Of a DNA stretch of 64,000 nt, positions 32,101-45,661 are shown one piece after another (the first letter of the stretch is position 1; each line of letters opens with the position of its first letter). Both the position numbers and the translations under genes were made by a program. Source of the stretch: Eledone cirrhosa (lineage: Eukaryota); assembly GCA_964016885.1 (NCBI GenBank), contig OZ024744.1:128836001-128900000 (forward strand). Reading direction: 5' to 3'. The notes beneath the pieces are model-generated. The model was given only the letters and a program-made list of their open reading frames with translations, was not told where the DNA came from and made no database searches.

Positions 32101-35100
32101 GTCGGGGTTAAGTTAAGTTGGGGTTAAGTTAAGTTGGTTAGTTAAGTTGAGTTTAAGTTAAGTTGGGGTTAATTTAAGTTGGGGTTAAGTTAAGTTGGGG
32201 TTAAGTTAAGTTGGGGTTAAGTTAAGTTGGGGTTCAGTTAAGTTGGGGTTAAGTTAAGTTGGGGTTAAGTTGGGGTAAAATTAAGTTGGGGTTAAGTTAA
32301 GTTGGGGTTAAGTTAAGTTGCGGTTAAGTTAAGTTGCCGTTAAGTTAAGTTGAGGTTAAGTTAAGTTGGGGTTAAGTTAAGTTGGGGTTAAGTTAAGTTG
32401 GGGCTAAGTTAAGTTGGGGCTAAGTTAAGTTGGGGTTAAGTTGGGGTTAAGTTAAGTTGCGGTTAAGTTAAGTTGATGTTAAGTTAAGTTGGGGTTAAGT
32501 TAAGTTGGGGTTAAGTTAAGTTGGGGCTAAGTTAAGTTGGAGCTGAGTTAAGTTGGGGCTAAGTTAAGTTGGGGTTAAGTTAAGTTGGGGTTAAGTTAAG
32601 GTGGGGTTAAGTTAAGTTGGGGTCAACTTAAGTTGGGGTTAAGTTAAGTTGGGGTTAACTTAAGTTGGGGTTAAGTTAAGTTGGGGTTAAGTTAAGTTGG
32701 GGTTAAGCTAAGTTGGGGTTACGTTAAGTTGGGGTTATGTTAAGTTGGGGTTACGTTAAGTTGGGTTTAAGTTAAGTTGGGGTTAAGTTAAGTTGGGGTT
32801 AAGTTAAGTTGGGGTTAATTTAAGTTGGGGTTAAGTTAAGTTGGGATTAATTTAAGTTGGGGTTAAGTTAAGTTGGGGTTAAGTTCAGTTGGGGTTAAAT
32901 TAAGTTGGGGTTAAGTTAAGTTGGGGTTAAGTTAAGTTGGGGTTAAGTTAATTTGGGGTTAAGTTAAGTTAGGGTAAAGTTAAGTTGGGGTTGAGTTAAG
33001 TTGGGGTAAGTTAAGTTGGGGTTAAGTTAAGTTTGGGTTAAGTTAAGTTGGGGTTAAGTTAAGTTAGGCTTAACTTAAGTTGGGGTTAAGTTAAGTTGGG
33101 GGTGAGTTAAGTTGGGGGTAAGTTAAGTTGGGGTTAAGTTAAGTTGGGGTTAAGTTGGGGTTAAGTTAAGTTAGGGTTAAGTTAATTTGGGGTTGAGTTA
33201 AGTTGGGGTTAAGTTAAGTGGTGGTTATGTTAAGTTGGGGTTAAGTTAAGTTGGGGTTAATTTAAATTGGGGTTAATTTAAATTTGTTGTTAAGTTAAGT
33301 TGGGGTTAATTTAAGTTGGGGTTAAGTTAAGTTGGGGTTGAGTTAAGTTGTGGTTGAGTGAAGTTGGGGTTAAGTTAAGTTGGGGTTAAATTAAGTTGGG
33401 GTTAAGTTAAGTTGGGGTTGAGTTAAGTTGGGGTTAATTTAAGTTGGGGCTAAGTTAATTTGGGGTTAAGTTAAGTTGGGGTTAAATTAAGTTGGGGTTA
33501 AGTTAAGTTGGGGTTAAGTTAAGTTGGGGCTGAGTTAAGTTGGGGGTAAGTTAAGTTGGGGTTATGTTAAGTTGGGGTTAAGTTAAGTTGGGGTTAAGTT
33601 AAGTTGGGGTTCAGTTAAGTTGCGGTTAAGTTAAGTTGGGGTTAAGTTAAGTTGGGGTTAAGTTAAGTTGGGGTTAATTTAAGTTGGGGTTAAGTTAAGT
33701 TGGGGTTAAGTTAAGTTGGGGTTAAATTCAGTCGGGGTTAAGTTAAGTCGGGGTTAAGTTACGTTGGGGTTAAGTTAAGTTGGGGTTAAGTTAAGTTGGG
33801 GTTGAGTTAAGTTGGGGTTAAGTTAAGTTGGGGTTAAGTTAAGTTGGGGTTAAGTTAAGTTGGGGTTAAGTTAAGTTGGGGTTAATTTAAGTTGGGGTTA
33901 AGTTAAGTTGGGGTTAAGTTAAGTTGGGGTAACGTTAAGTTGGGGGTAAGTTAAGTTGGGGTTAAGTTAAGTTGGGGTTAAGTTGGGGTTAAGTTAAGTT
34001 AGGGTTAACTTAAGTTGGGGTTGTGTTAAGTGGTGGTTATGTTAAGTGGTGGTTATGTTAAGTTGGGGTTAAGTTAAGTTGGGGTTAAGTTAAGTTGGGG
34101 TTAAGTTAAGTTGGGGTTAAGTTAATTAGGGTTAAGTTAAGTTGGGTTTAAGTTAAGTTGGGGTTAAGTTAATTTGTGGTTAAGTTAAGTTGGGGTTAAG
34201 TTAAGTTGGGGTTAAGTTAAGTTGGGGATAAGTTAAGTTGGGGATAAGTTAAGTTGGGGATAAGTTAAGTTGGGGTTAATTAAGTTGGCTTTAAGTTAAG
34301 TTGGGGTTAAGTTAAGTCGGGGTTAAGTTAAGTTGGGGTTAAGTTAAGTTGGTTAGTTAAGTTGAGTTTAAGTTAAGTTGGGGTTAATTTAAGTTGGGGT
34401 TAAGTTAAGTTGGGGTTAAGTTAAGTTGGGGTTAAGTTAAGTTGGGGTTCAGTTAAGTTGGGGTTAAGTTAAGTTGGGGTTAACTTGGGGTAAAATTAAG
34501 TTGGGGTTAAGTTAAGTTGGGGTTAAGTTAAGTTGCGGTTAAGTTAAGTTGCCGTTAAGTTAAGTTGAGGTTAAGTTAAGTTGGGGTTAAGTTAAGTTGG
34601 GGTTAAGTTAAGTTGGGGCTAAGTTAAGTTGGGGCTAAGTTAAGTTGGGGTTAAGTTAACTTTGGGTTAAGTTAAGTTGGGTTTGAGTTAAGTTGGGTTT
34701 AATTAAGTTGGGGTTAAGTTAAGTTGGGGTTAAGTTGGGGTTAAGTTAAGTTGCGGTTAAGTTAAGTTGATGTTAAGTTAAGTTGGGGTTAAGTTAAGTT
34801 GGGGTTAAGTTAAGTTGGGGCTAAGTTAAGTTGGAGCTGAGTTAAGTTGGATCTAAGTTAAGTTGGGGTTAAGTTAAGTTGGGGTTAAGTTAAGGTGGGG
34901 TTAAGTTAAGTTGGGGTCAACTTAAGTTGGGGTTAAGTTAAGTTGGGGTTAACTTAAGTTGGGGTTAAGTTAAGTTGGGGTTAAGTTAAGTTGGGGTTAA
35001 GTTAAGTTGGGGTTACGTTAAGTTGGGGGTAAGTCAAGTTGGTGTTAAGTTAAGTTGGCGGTAAGTTAAGATGGGGTTAAGTTAAGTTGGGGTTAATTTA

Positions 35101-38100
35101 ATTTGGGGTTAAGTTAAGTTAGGGTTAAGTTAAGTTGGGGTTGAGTTAAGTTGGGGTTAAGTTAAGTTGGGGTTATGTTAAGTTGGGGTTAAGTTAAGTT
35201 GGGGTTAAGTTAAGTTGGGGTTCAATTAAGTTGCGGATAATTTAAGTTGGGGTTAAGTTAAGTTGGGGTTAAGTTAAGTTGGGGTTAAGTTAAGTTGGGG
35301 TTAAATTAAGTTGGGGTTAAATTAAGTTGGGGTTAAGTTAAGTTGGGGTTATGTTAAGTTGGTGTTAAGTTAAGTTGGGGTTAAGTTAAGTTGGGGTTAA
35401 GTTAGGTTGGTGTTAATTTAAGTTGGGGGTAAGTTAAGTTGGGGTAAGTTAAGTTGGTGTTAAGTTAAGTTGGGGTTAAGTTAAGTTGGGGTTAAATTAA
35501 GTTGGGGTTAAGTTAAGTTGGGGTTGAGTGAAGTTGGGGTTAAGTTAAGTTGGGGTTAAGTAAAGTTAGGGCTAAGTTAAGTTGGGGTTAAGTTAAGTTG
35601 GGGTTAATTTAAGTTGGGGTTACATTAAGTTGATGTTAAGTTAAGTTGGGGTTAAGTTAAGTTGGGGTTAAATTAAGTTGGGGTTAAATTAAGTTGGGGT
35701 TAAGTTAAGTTGGGGTTAAGTTAGGTTGGTGTTAAGTTAAGTTGGGCTTAAGTTAATTTGTGGTTAAGTTAAGTTGGGGTTAAGTTAAGTTGGGGTTAAG
35801 TTAATTAGGGTTAAGTTAAGTTGGGGTTAAGTTAAGTTGGGGTTAAGTTAAGTTGGGGTTAAGTTAAGTTGGGGTTAAGTTAAGTTGGGGTTAAGTTAAT
35901 TTGGGGTTAAGTTAAGTTGGGGTTAAGTTAAGTTGGGGTTACGTTAAGTTGGGGGTAAGTTAAGTTGGTGGTAAGTTAAGTTGGGGGTAAGTTAAGATGG
36001 GGTTAAGTTAGGGTTAAGTTAAGTTAGGGTTAAGTTAATTTGGGGTTGAGTTAAGTTGGGGTTAAGTTAAGTGGTGGTTATGTTAAGTTGGGGTTAAGTT
36101 AAGTTGGGGTTAATTTAAATTGAGGTTAATTTAAATTTGTTGTTAAGTTAAGTTGGGGTTAATTTAAGTTGGGGTTAAGTTAAGTTGGGGTTGAGTTAAG
36201 TTGGGGTTGAGTGAAGTTGGGGTTAAGTTAAGTTGGGGTTGAGTTAAGTTGGGGTTAATTTAAGTTGGGGCTAAGTTCATTTGGGGTTCAGTTAAGTTGG
36301 GGTTAAATTAAGTTGGGGTTAAGTTAAGTTGGGGTTAAGTTAAGTTGGGGTTAAGTTAATTTGGGGTTAAGTGAAGTTAGGGTTAAGTTAAGTTGGGGTT
36401 GAGTTAAGTTGGGGGTAAGTTAAGTTGGGGTTATGTTAAGTTGGGGTTACGTTAAGTTGGGTTTAAGTTAAGTTGGGGTTAAGTTAAGTTGGGGTTAATT
36501 TAAGTTGGGGTTAAGTTAAGTTGGGATTAATTTAAGTTGGGGTTAAGTTAAGTTGGGGTTAAGTTAAGTTGGGGTTAAATTAAGTTGGGGTTAAGTTAAG
36601 TTGGGGTTAAGTTAAGTTGGGGTTAAGTTAATTTGGGGTTAAGTTAAGTTAGGGTAAAGTTAAGTTGGGGTTGAGTTAAGTTGGGGTAAGTTAAGTTGGG
36701 GTTAAGTTAAGTTGGGGTTAAGTTAAGTTGGGGTTAAGTTAAGTTAGGCTTAACTTAAGTTGGGGTTAAGTTAAGTTGGGGGTGAGTTAAGTTGGGGGTA
36801 AGTTAAGTTGGGGTTAAGTTAAGTTGGGGTTAAGTTGGGGTTAAGTTAAGTTAGGGTTAAGTTAATTTGGGGTTGAGTTAAGTTGGGGTTAAGTTAAGTG
36901 GTGGTTATGTTAAGTTGGGGTTAAGTTAAGTTGGGGTTAATTTAAATTGGGGTTAATTTAAATTTGTTGTTAAGTTAAGTTGGGGTTAATTTAAGTTGGG
37001 GTTAAGTTAAGTTGGGGTTGATTTAAGTTGTGGTTGAGTGAAGTTGGGGTTAAGTTAAGTTGGGGTTAAATTAAGTTGGGGTTAAGTTAAGTTGGGGTTG
37101 AGTTAAGTTGGGGTTAATTTAAGTTGGGGCTAAGTTAATTTGGGGTTAAGTTAAGTTGGGGTTAAATTAAGTTGGGGTTAAGTTAAGTTGGGGTTAAGTT
37201 AAGTTGGGGTTAAGTTAATTTGGGGTTAATTGAAGTTAGGGTTAAGTTAAGTTGGGGCTGAGTTAAATTGGGGGTAAGTTAAGTTGGGGTTATGTTAAGT
37301 TGGGGTTAAGTTAAGTTGGGGTTAAGTTAAGTTGGGGTTCAGTTAAGTTGCGGTTAAGTTAAGTTGGGGTTAAGTTAAGTTGGGGTTAAGTTAAGTTGGG
37401 GTTAATTTAAGTTGGGGTTAAGTTAAGTTGGGGTTAAGTTAAGTTGGGGTTAAATTCAGTCGGGGTTAAGTTAAGTCGGGGTTAAGTTACGTTGGGGTTA
37501 AGTTAAGTTGGGGTTAAGTTAAGTTGGGGTTGAGTTAAGTTGGGGTTAAGTTAAGTTGGGGTTAAGTTAAGTTGGGGTTAAGTTAAGTTGGGGTTAAGTT
37601 AAGTTGGGGTTAATTTAAGTTGGGGTTAAGTTAAGTTGGGGTTAAGTTAAGTTGGGGTAACGTTAAGTTGGGGGTAAGTTAAGTTGGGGTTAAGTTAAGT
37701 TGGGGTTAAGTTGGGGTTAAGTTAAGTTAGGGTTAACTTAAGTTGGGGTTGTGTTAAGTGGTGGTTATGTTAAGTGGTGGTTATGTTAAGTTGGGGTTAA
37801 GTTAAGTTGGGGTTAAGTTAAGTTGGGGTTAAGTTAATTAGGGTTAAGTTAAGTTGGGTTTAAGTTAAGTTGGGGTTAAGTTAATTTGTGGTTAAGTTAA
37901 GTTGGGGTTAAGTGAAGTTGGGGTTAAGTTAAGTTGGGGATAAGTTAAGTTGGGGATAAGTTAAGTTGGGGTTAATTAAGTTGGGTTTAAGTTAAGTTGG
38001 GATTAAGTTAAGTCGGGGTTAAGTTAAGTTGGGGTTAAGTTAAGTTGGTTAGTTAAGTTGAGTTTAAGTTAAGTTGGGGTTAATTTAAGTTGGGGTTAAG

Positions 38101-41100
38101 TTAAGTTGGGGTTAAGTTAAGTTGGGGTTAAGTTAAGTTGGGGTTCAGTTAAGTTGGGGTTAAGTTAAGTTGGGGTTAAGTTGGGGTAAAATTAAGTTGG
38201 GGTTAAGTTAAGTTGGGGTTAAGTTAAGTTGCGGTTAAGTTAAGTTGCCGTTAAGTTAAGTTGAGGTTAAGTTAAGTTGGGGTTAAGTTAAGTTGGGGTT
38301 AAGTTAAGTTGGGGCTAAGTTAAGTTGGGGCTAAGTTAAGTTGGGGTTAAGTTGGGGTTAAGTTAAGTTGCGGTTAAGTTAAGTTGATGTTAAGTTAAGT
38401 TGGGGTTAAGTTAAGTTGGGGTTAAGTTAAGTTGGGGCTAAGTTAAGTTGGAGCTGAGTTAAGTTGGGGCTAAGTTAAGTTGGGGTTAAGTTAAGTTGGG
38501 GTTAAGTTAAGGTGGGGTTAAGTTAAATTGGGGTCAACTTAAGTTGGGGTTAAGTTAAGTTGGGGTTAACTTAAGTTGGGGTTAAGTTAAGTTGGGGTTA
38601 AGTTAAGTTGGGGTTAAGCTAAGTTGGGGTTACGTTAAGTTGGGGTTATGTTAAGTTGGGGTTACGTTAAGTTGGGTTTAAGTTAAGTTGGGGTTAAGTT
38701 AAGTTGGGGTTAAGTTAAGTTGGGGTTAATTTAAGTTGGGGTTAAGTTAAGTTGGGATTAATTTAAGTTGGGGTTAAGTTAAGTTGGGGTTAAGTTAAGT
38801 TGGGGTTAAATTAAGTTGGGGTTAAGTTAAGTTGGGGTTAAGTTAAGTTGGGGTTAAGTTAATTTGGGGTTAAGTTAAGTTAGGGTAAAGTTAAGTTGGG
38901 GTTGAGTTAAGTTGGGGTAAGTTAAGTTGGGGTTAAGTTAAGTTTGGGTTAAGTTAAGTTGGGGTTAAGTTAAGTTAGGCTTAACTTAAGTTGGGGTTAA
39001 GTTAAGTTGGGGGTGAGTTAAGTTGGGGGTAAGTTAAGTTGGGGTTAAGTTAAGTTGGGGTTAAGTTGGGGTTAAGTTAAGTTAGGGTTAAGTTAATTTG
39101 GGGTTGAGTTAAGTTGGGGTTAAGTTAAGTGGTGGTTATGTTAAGTTGGGGTTAAGTTAAGTTGGGGTTAATTTAAATTGGGGTTAATTTAAATTTGTTG
39201 TTAAGTTAAGTTGGGGTTAATTTAAGTTGGGGTTAAGTTAAGTTGGGGTTGAGTTAAGTTGTGGTTGAGTGAAGTTGGGGTTAAGTTAAGTTGGGGTTAA
39301 ATTAAGTTGGGGTTAAGTTAAGTTGGGGTTGAGTTAAGTTGGGGTTAATTTAAGTTGGGGCTAAGTTAATTTGGGGTTAAGTTAAGTTGGGGTTAAATTA
39401 AGTTGGGGTTAAGTTAAGTTGGGGTTAAGTTAAGTTGGGGCTGAGTTAAGTTGGGGGTAAGTTAAGTTGGGGTTATGTTAAGTTGGGGTTAAGTTAAGTT
39501 GGGGTTAAGTTAAGTTGGGGTTCAGTTAAGTTGCGGTTAAGTTAAGTTGGGGTTAAGTTAAGTTGGGGTTAAGTTAAGTTGGGGTTAATTTAAGTTGGGG
39601 TTAAGTTAAGTTGGGGTTAAGTTAAGTTGGGGTTAAATTCAGTCGGGGTTAAGTTAAGTCGGGGTTAAGTTACGTTGGGGTTAAGTTAAGTTGGGGTTAA
39701 GTTAAGTTGGGGTTGAGTTAAGTTGGGGTTAAGTTAAGTTGGGGTTAAGTTAAGTTGGGGTTAAGTTAAGTTGGGGTTAAGTTAAGTTGGGGTTAATTTA
39801 AGTTGGGGTTAAGTTAAGTTGGGGTTAAGTTAAGTTGGGGTAACGTTAAGTTGGGGGTAAGTTAAGTTGGGGTTAAGTTAAGTTGGGGTTAAGTTGGGGT
39901 TAAGTTAAGTTAGGGTTAACTTAAGTTGGGGTTGTGTTAAGTGGTGGTTATGTTAAGTGGTGGTTATGTTAAGTTGGGGTTAAGTTAAGTTGGGGTTAAG
40001 TTAAGTTGGGGTTAAGTTAAGTTGGGGTTAAGTTAATTAGGGTTAAGTTAAGTTGGGTTTAAGTTAAGTTGGGGTTAAGTTAATTTGTGGTTAAGTTAAG
40101 TTGGGGTTAAGTTAAGTTGGGGTTAAGTTAAGTTGGGGATAAGTTAAGTTGGGGATAAGTTAAGTTGGGGATTAGTTAAGTTGGGGTTAATTAAGTTGGC
40201 TTTAAGTTAAGTTGGGGTTAAGTTAAGTCGGGGTTAAGTTAAGTTGGGGTTAAGTTAAGTTGGTTAGTTAAGTTGAGTTTAAGTTAAGTTGGGGTTAATT
40301 TAAGTTGGGGTTAAGTTAAGTTGGGGTTAAGTTAAGTTGGGGTTAAGTTAAGTTGGGGTTCAGTTAAGTTGGGGTTAAGTTAAGTTGGGGTTAACTTGGG
40401 GTAAAATTAAGTTGGGGTTAAGTTAAGTTGGGGTTAAGTTAAGTTGCGGTTAAGTTAAGTTGCCGTTAAGTTAAGTTGAGGTTAAGTTAAGTTGGGGTTA
40501 AGTTAAGTTGGGGTTAAGTTAAGTTGGGGCTAAGTTAAGTTGGGGCTAAGTTAAGTTGGGGTTAAGTTAACTTTGGGTTAAGTTAAGTTGGGTTTGAGTT
40601 AAGTTGGGGTTAATTAAGTTGGGGTTAAGTTAAGTTGGGGTTAAGTTGGGGTTAAGTTAAGTTGCGGTTAAGTTAAGTTGATGTTAAGTTAAGTTGGGGT
40701 TAAGTTAAGTTGGGGTTAAGTTAAGTTGGGGCTAAGTTAAGTTGGAGCTGAGTTAAGTTGGATCTAAGTTAAGTTGGGGTTAAGTTAAGTTGGGGTTAAG
40801 TTAAGGTGGGGTTAAGTTAAGTTGGGGTCAACTTAAGTTGGGGTTAAGTTAAGTTGGGGTTAACTTAAGTTGGGGTTAAGTTAAGTTGGGGTTAAGTTAA
40901 GTTGGGGTTAAGTTAAGTTGGGGTTACGTTAAGTTGGGGGTAAGTCAAGTTGGTGTTAAGTTAAGTTGGCGGTAAGTTAAGATGGGGTTAAGTTAAGTTG
41001 GGGTTAATTTAATTTGGGGTTAAGTTAAGTTAGGGTTAAGTTAAGTTGGGGTTGAGTTAAGTTGGGGTTAAGTTAAGTTGGGGTTATGTTAAGTTGGGGT

Positions 41101-44100
41101 TAAGTTAAGTTGGGGTTAAGTTAAGTTGGGGTTCAATTAAGTTGCGGATAATTTAAGTTGGGGTTAAGTTAAGTTGGGGTTAAGTTAAGTTGGGGTTAAG
41201 TTAAGTTGGGGTTAAATTAAGTTGGGGTTAAATTAAGTTGGGGTTAAGTTAAGTTGGGGTTATGTTAAGTTGGTGTTAAGTTAAGTTGGGGTTAAGTTAA
41301 GTTGGGGTTAAGTTAGGTTGGTGTTAATTTAAGTTGGGGGTAAGTTAAGTTGGGGTAAGTTAAGTTGGTGTTAAGTTAAGTTGGGGTTAAGTTAAGTTGG
41401 GGTTAAATTAAGTTGGGGTTAAGTTAAGTTGGGGTTGAGTGAAGTTGGGGTTAAGTTAAGTTGGGGTTAAGTAAAGTTAGGGCTAAGTTAAGTTGGGGTT
41501 AAGTTAAGTTGGGGTTAATTTAAGTTGGGGTTACATTAAGTTGATGTTAAGTTAAGTTGGGGTTAAGTTAAGTTGGGGTTAAATTAAGTTGGGGTTAAAT
41601 TAAGTTGGGGTTAAGTTAAGTTGGGGTTAAGTTAGGTTGGTGTTAAGTTAAGTTGGGGTTAAGTTAATTTGTGGTTAAGTTAAGTTGGGGTTAAGTTAAG
41701 TTGGGGTTAAGTTAATTAGGGTTAAGTTAAGTTGGGGTTAAGTTAAGTTGGGGTTAAGTTAAGTTGGGGTTAAGTTAAGTTGGGGTTAAGTTAAGTTGGG
41801 GTTAAGTTAAGTTAGGGTAAAGTTAAGTTGGGGTTGAGTTAAGTTGGGGTAAGTTAAGTTGGGGTTAAGTTAAGTTTGGGTTAAGTTAAGTTGGGGTTAA
41901 GTTAAGTTAGGCTTAACTTAAGTTGGGGTTAAGTTAAGTTGGGGGTGAGTTAAGTTGGGGGTAAGTTAAGTTGGGGTTAAGTTAAGTTGGGGTTAAGTTG
42001 GGGTTAAGTTAAGTTAGGGTTAAGTTAATTTGGGGTTGAGTTAAGTTGGGGTTAAGTTAAGTGGTGGTTATGTTAAGTTGGGGTTAAGTTAAGTTGGGGT
42101 TAATTTAAATTGGGGTTAATTTAAATTTGTTGTTAAGTTAAGTTGGGGTTAATTTAAGTTGGGGTTAAGTTAAGTTGGGGTTGAGTTAAGTTGTGGTTGA
42201 GTGAAGTTGGGGTTAAGTTAAGTTGGGGTTAAATTAAGTTGGGGTTAAGTTAAGTTGGGGTTGAGTTAAGTTGGGGTTAATTTAAGTTGGGGCTAAGTTA
42301 ATTTGGGGTTAAGTTAAGTTGGGGTTAAATTAAGTTGGGGTAAGTTAAGTTGGGGTTAAGTTAAGTTTGGGTTAAGTTAAGTTGGGGTTAAGTTAAGTTA
42401 GGCTTAACTTAAGTTGGGGTTAAGTTAAGTTGGGGGTGAGTTAAGTTGGGGGTAAGTTAAGTTGGGGTTAAGTTAAGTTGGGGTTAAGTTGGGGTTAAGT
42501 TAAGTTAGGGTTAAGTTAATTTGGGGTTGAGTTAAGTTGGGGTTAAGTTAAGTGGTGGTTATGTTAAGTTGGGGTTAAGTTAAGTTGGGGTTAATTTAAA
42601 TTGGGGTTAATTTAAATTTGTTGTTAAGTTAAGTTGGGGTTAATTTAAGTTGGGGTTAAGTTAAGTTGGGGTTGAGTTAAGTTGTGGTTGAGTGAAGTTG
42701 GGGTTAAGTTAAGTTGGGGTTAAATTAAGTTGGGGTTAAGTTAAGTTGGGGTTGAGTTAAGTTGGGGTTAATTTAAGTTGGGGCTAAGTTAATTTGGGGT
42801 TAAGTTAAGTTGGGGTTAAATTAAGTTGGGGTTAAGTTAAGTTGGGGTTAAGTTAAGTTGGGGTTAAGTTAATTTGGGGTTAAGTGAAGTTAGGGTTAAG
42901 TTAAGTTGGGGCTGAGTTAAGTTGGGGGTAAGTTAAGTTGGGGTTATGTTAAGTTGGGGTTAAGTTAAGTTGGGGTTAAGTTAAGTTGGGGTTCAGTTAA
43001 GTTGCGGTTAAGTTAAGTTGGGGTTAAGTTAAGTTGGGGTTAAGTTAAGTTGGGGTTAATTTAAGTTGGGGTTAAGTTAAGTTGGGGTTAAGTTAAGTTG
43101 GGGTTAAATTCAGTCGGGGTTAAGTTAAGTCGGGGTTAAGTTACGTTGGGGTTAAGTTAAGTTGGGGTTAAGTTAAGTTGGGGTTGAGTTAAGTTGGGGT
43201 TAAGTTAAGTTGGGGTTAAGTTAAGTTGGGGTTAAGTTAAGTTGGGGTTAAGTTAAGTTGGGGTTAATTTAAGTTGGGGTTAAGTTAAGTTGGGGTTAAG
43301 TTAAGTTGGGGTAACGTTAAGTTGGGGGTAAGTTAAGTTGGGGTTAAGTTAAGTTGGGGTTAAGTTGGGGTTAAGTTAAGTTAGGGTTAACTTAAGTTGG
43401 GGTTGTGTTAAGTGGTGGTTATGTTAAGTGGTGGTTATGTTAAGTTGGGGTTAAGTTAAGTTGGGGTTAAGTTAAGTTGGGGTTAAGTTAAGTTGGGGTT
43501 AAGTTAATTAGGGTTAAGTTAAGTTGGGTTTAAGTTAAGTTGGGGTTAAGTTAATTTGTGGTTAAGTTAAGTTGGGGTTAAGTTAAGTTGGGGTTAAGTT
43601 AAGTTGGGGATAAGTTAAGTTGGGGATAAGTTAAGTTGGGGTTAATTAAGTTGGGTTTAAGTTAAGTTGGGGTTAAGTTAAGTCGGGGTTAAGTTAAGTT
43701 GGGGTTAAGTTAAGTTGGTTAGTTAAGTTGAGTTTAAGTTAAGTTGGGGTTAATTTAAGTTGGGGTTAAGTTAAGTTGGGGTTAAGTTAAGTTGGGGTTA
43801 AGTTAAGTTGGGGTTCAGTTAAGTTGGGGTTAAGTTAAGTTGGGGTTAACTTGGGGTAAAATTAAGTTGGGGTTAAGTTAAGTTGGGGTTAAGTTAAGTT
43901 GCGGTTAAGTTAAGTTGCCGTTAAGTTAAGTTGAGGTTAAGTTAAGTTGGGGTTAAGTTAAGTTGGGGTTAAGTTAAGTTGGGGCTAAGTTAAGTTGGGG
44001 CTAAGTTAAGTTGGGGTTAAGTTAACTTTGGGTTAAGTTAAGTTGGGTTTGAGTTAAGTTGGGGTTAATTAAGTTGGGGTTAAGTTAAGTTGGGGTTAAG

Positions 44101-45661
44101 TTGGGGTTAAGTTAAGTTGCGGTTAAGTTAAGTTGATGTTAAGTTAAGTTGGGGTTAAGTTAAGTTGGGGTTAAGTTAAGTTGGGGCTAAGTTAAGTTGG
44201 AGCTGAGTTAAGTTGGATCTAAGTTAAGTTGGGGTTAAGTTAAGTTGGGGTTAAGTTAAGGTGGGGTTAAGTTAAGTTGGGGTCAACTTAAGTTGGGGTT
44301 AAGTTAAGTTGGGGTTAACTTAAGTTGGGGTTAAGTTAAGTTGGGGTTAAGTTAAGTTGGGGTTAAGTTAAGTTGGGGTTACGTTAAGTTGGGGGTAAGT
44401 CAAGTTGGTGTTAAGTTAAGTTGGCGGTAAGTTAAGATGGGGTTAAGTTAAGTTGGGGTTAATTTAATTTGGGGTTAAGTTAAGTTAGGGTTAAGTTAAG
44501 TTGGGGTTGAGTTAAGTTGGGGTTAAGTTAAGTTGGGGTTATGTTAAGTTGGGGTTAAGTTAAGTTGGGGTTAAGTTAAGTTGGGGTTCAATTAAGTTGC
44601 GGATAATTTAAGTTGGGGTTAAGTTAAGTTGGGGTTAAGTTAAGTTGGGGTTAAGTTAAGTTGGGGTTAAATTAAGTTGGGGTTAAATTAAGTTGGGGTT
44701 AAGTTAAGTTGGGGTTATGTTAAGTTGGTGTTAAGTTAAGTTGGGGTTAAGTTAAGTTGGGGTTAAGTTAGGTTGGTGTTAATTTAAGTTGGGGGTAAGT
44801 TAAGTTGGGGTAAGTTAAGTTGGTGTTAAGTTAAGTTGGGGTTAAGTTAAGTTGGGGTTAAATTAAGTTGAGGTTAAGTTAAGTTGGGGTTGAGTGAAGT
44901 TGGGGTTAAGTTAAGTTGGGGTTAAGTAAAGTTAGGGCTAAGTTAAGTTGGGGTTAAGTTAAGTTGGGGTTAATTTAAGTTGGGGTTACATTAAGTTGAT
45001 GTTAAGTTAAGTTGGGGTTAAGTTAAGTTGGGGTTAAGTTAAGTTGGGGTTAAATTAAGTTGGGGTTAAATTAAGTTGGGGTTAAGTTAAGTTGGGGTTA
45101 AGTTAGGTTGGTGTTAAGTTAAGTTGGGGTTAAGTTAATTTGTGGTTAAGTTAAGTTGGGGTTAAGTTAAGTTGGGGTTAAGTTCAGTCGGGGTTAAGTT
45201 AAGTCGGGGTTAAGTTAAGTTGGGGTTAAGTTAAGTTGCGGTTAAGTTAAGTTGGGGTTAAGTTAAGTTGGGGTTAAGTTAATTAGGGTTAAGTTAAGTT
45301 GGGGTTAAGTTAAGTTGGGGTTAAGTTAAGTTGGGGTTAAGTTAAGTTGGGTTTAAGTTAAGTTGGGGCTAAGTTAAGTTAGGGCTAAGTTAAGTTGGGG
45401 TTAAGTTAAGTTGGGGTTAATTTAAGTTGGGGTTACATTAAGTTGAGGTTAAGTTAAGTTGTGGTTATGTTAAGTTAGGGTTAATTTAAGTTAGGGTTAT
45501 GTTAAGTTGGGGTTAAGTTAAGTTGGGGTTAAGTTAGGTTGGTGTTAAGTTAAGTTGGGGTTAAGTTAAGTTGGGGTTATGTTAAGTTGGGGTTAAGTTA
45601 AGTTGGGGTTAAGTTAAGTTGGGGGTAAGTTAAGTTGGGTTTGAGTTAAGTTGGGGTTAAG
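29125..45661 (+). repeat. 16-bp satellite block 4 (~16.5 kb), containing a 5.9-kb tandem duplication
   Basis: Same monomer; rare variants AAGCTA and GGATCT recur at offset 5911. Confidence 0.98.
29990..41810 (+). repeat. 5,911-bp tandem duplication of pure satellite
   Basis: TTAAGATGGG at 30081/35992, the C of AAGCTA at 32708/38619 and ATCT at 34851/40762 are all offset by 5911. Confidence 0.88.
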
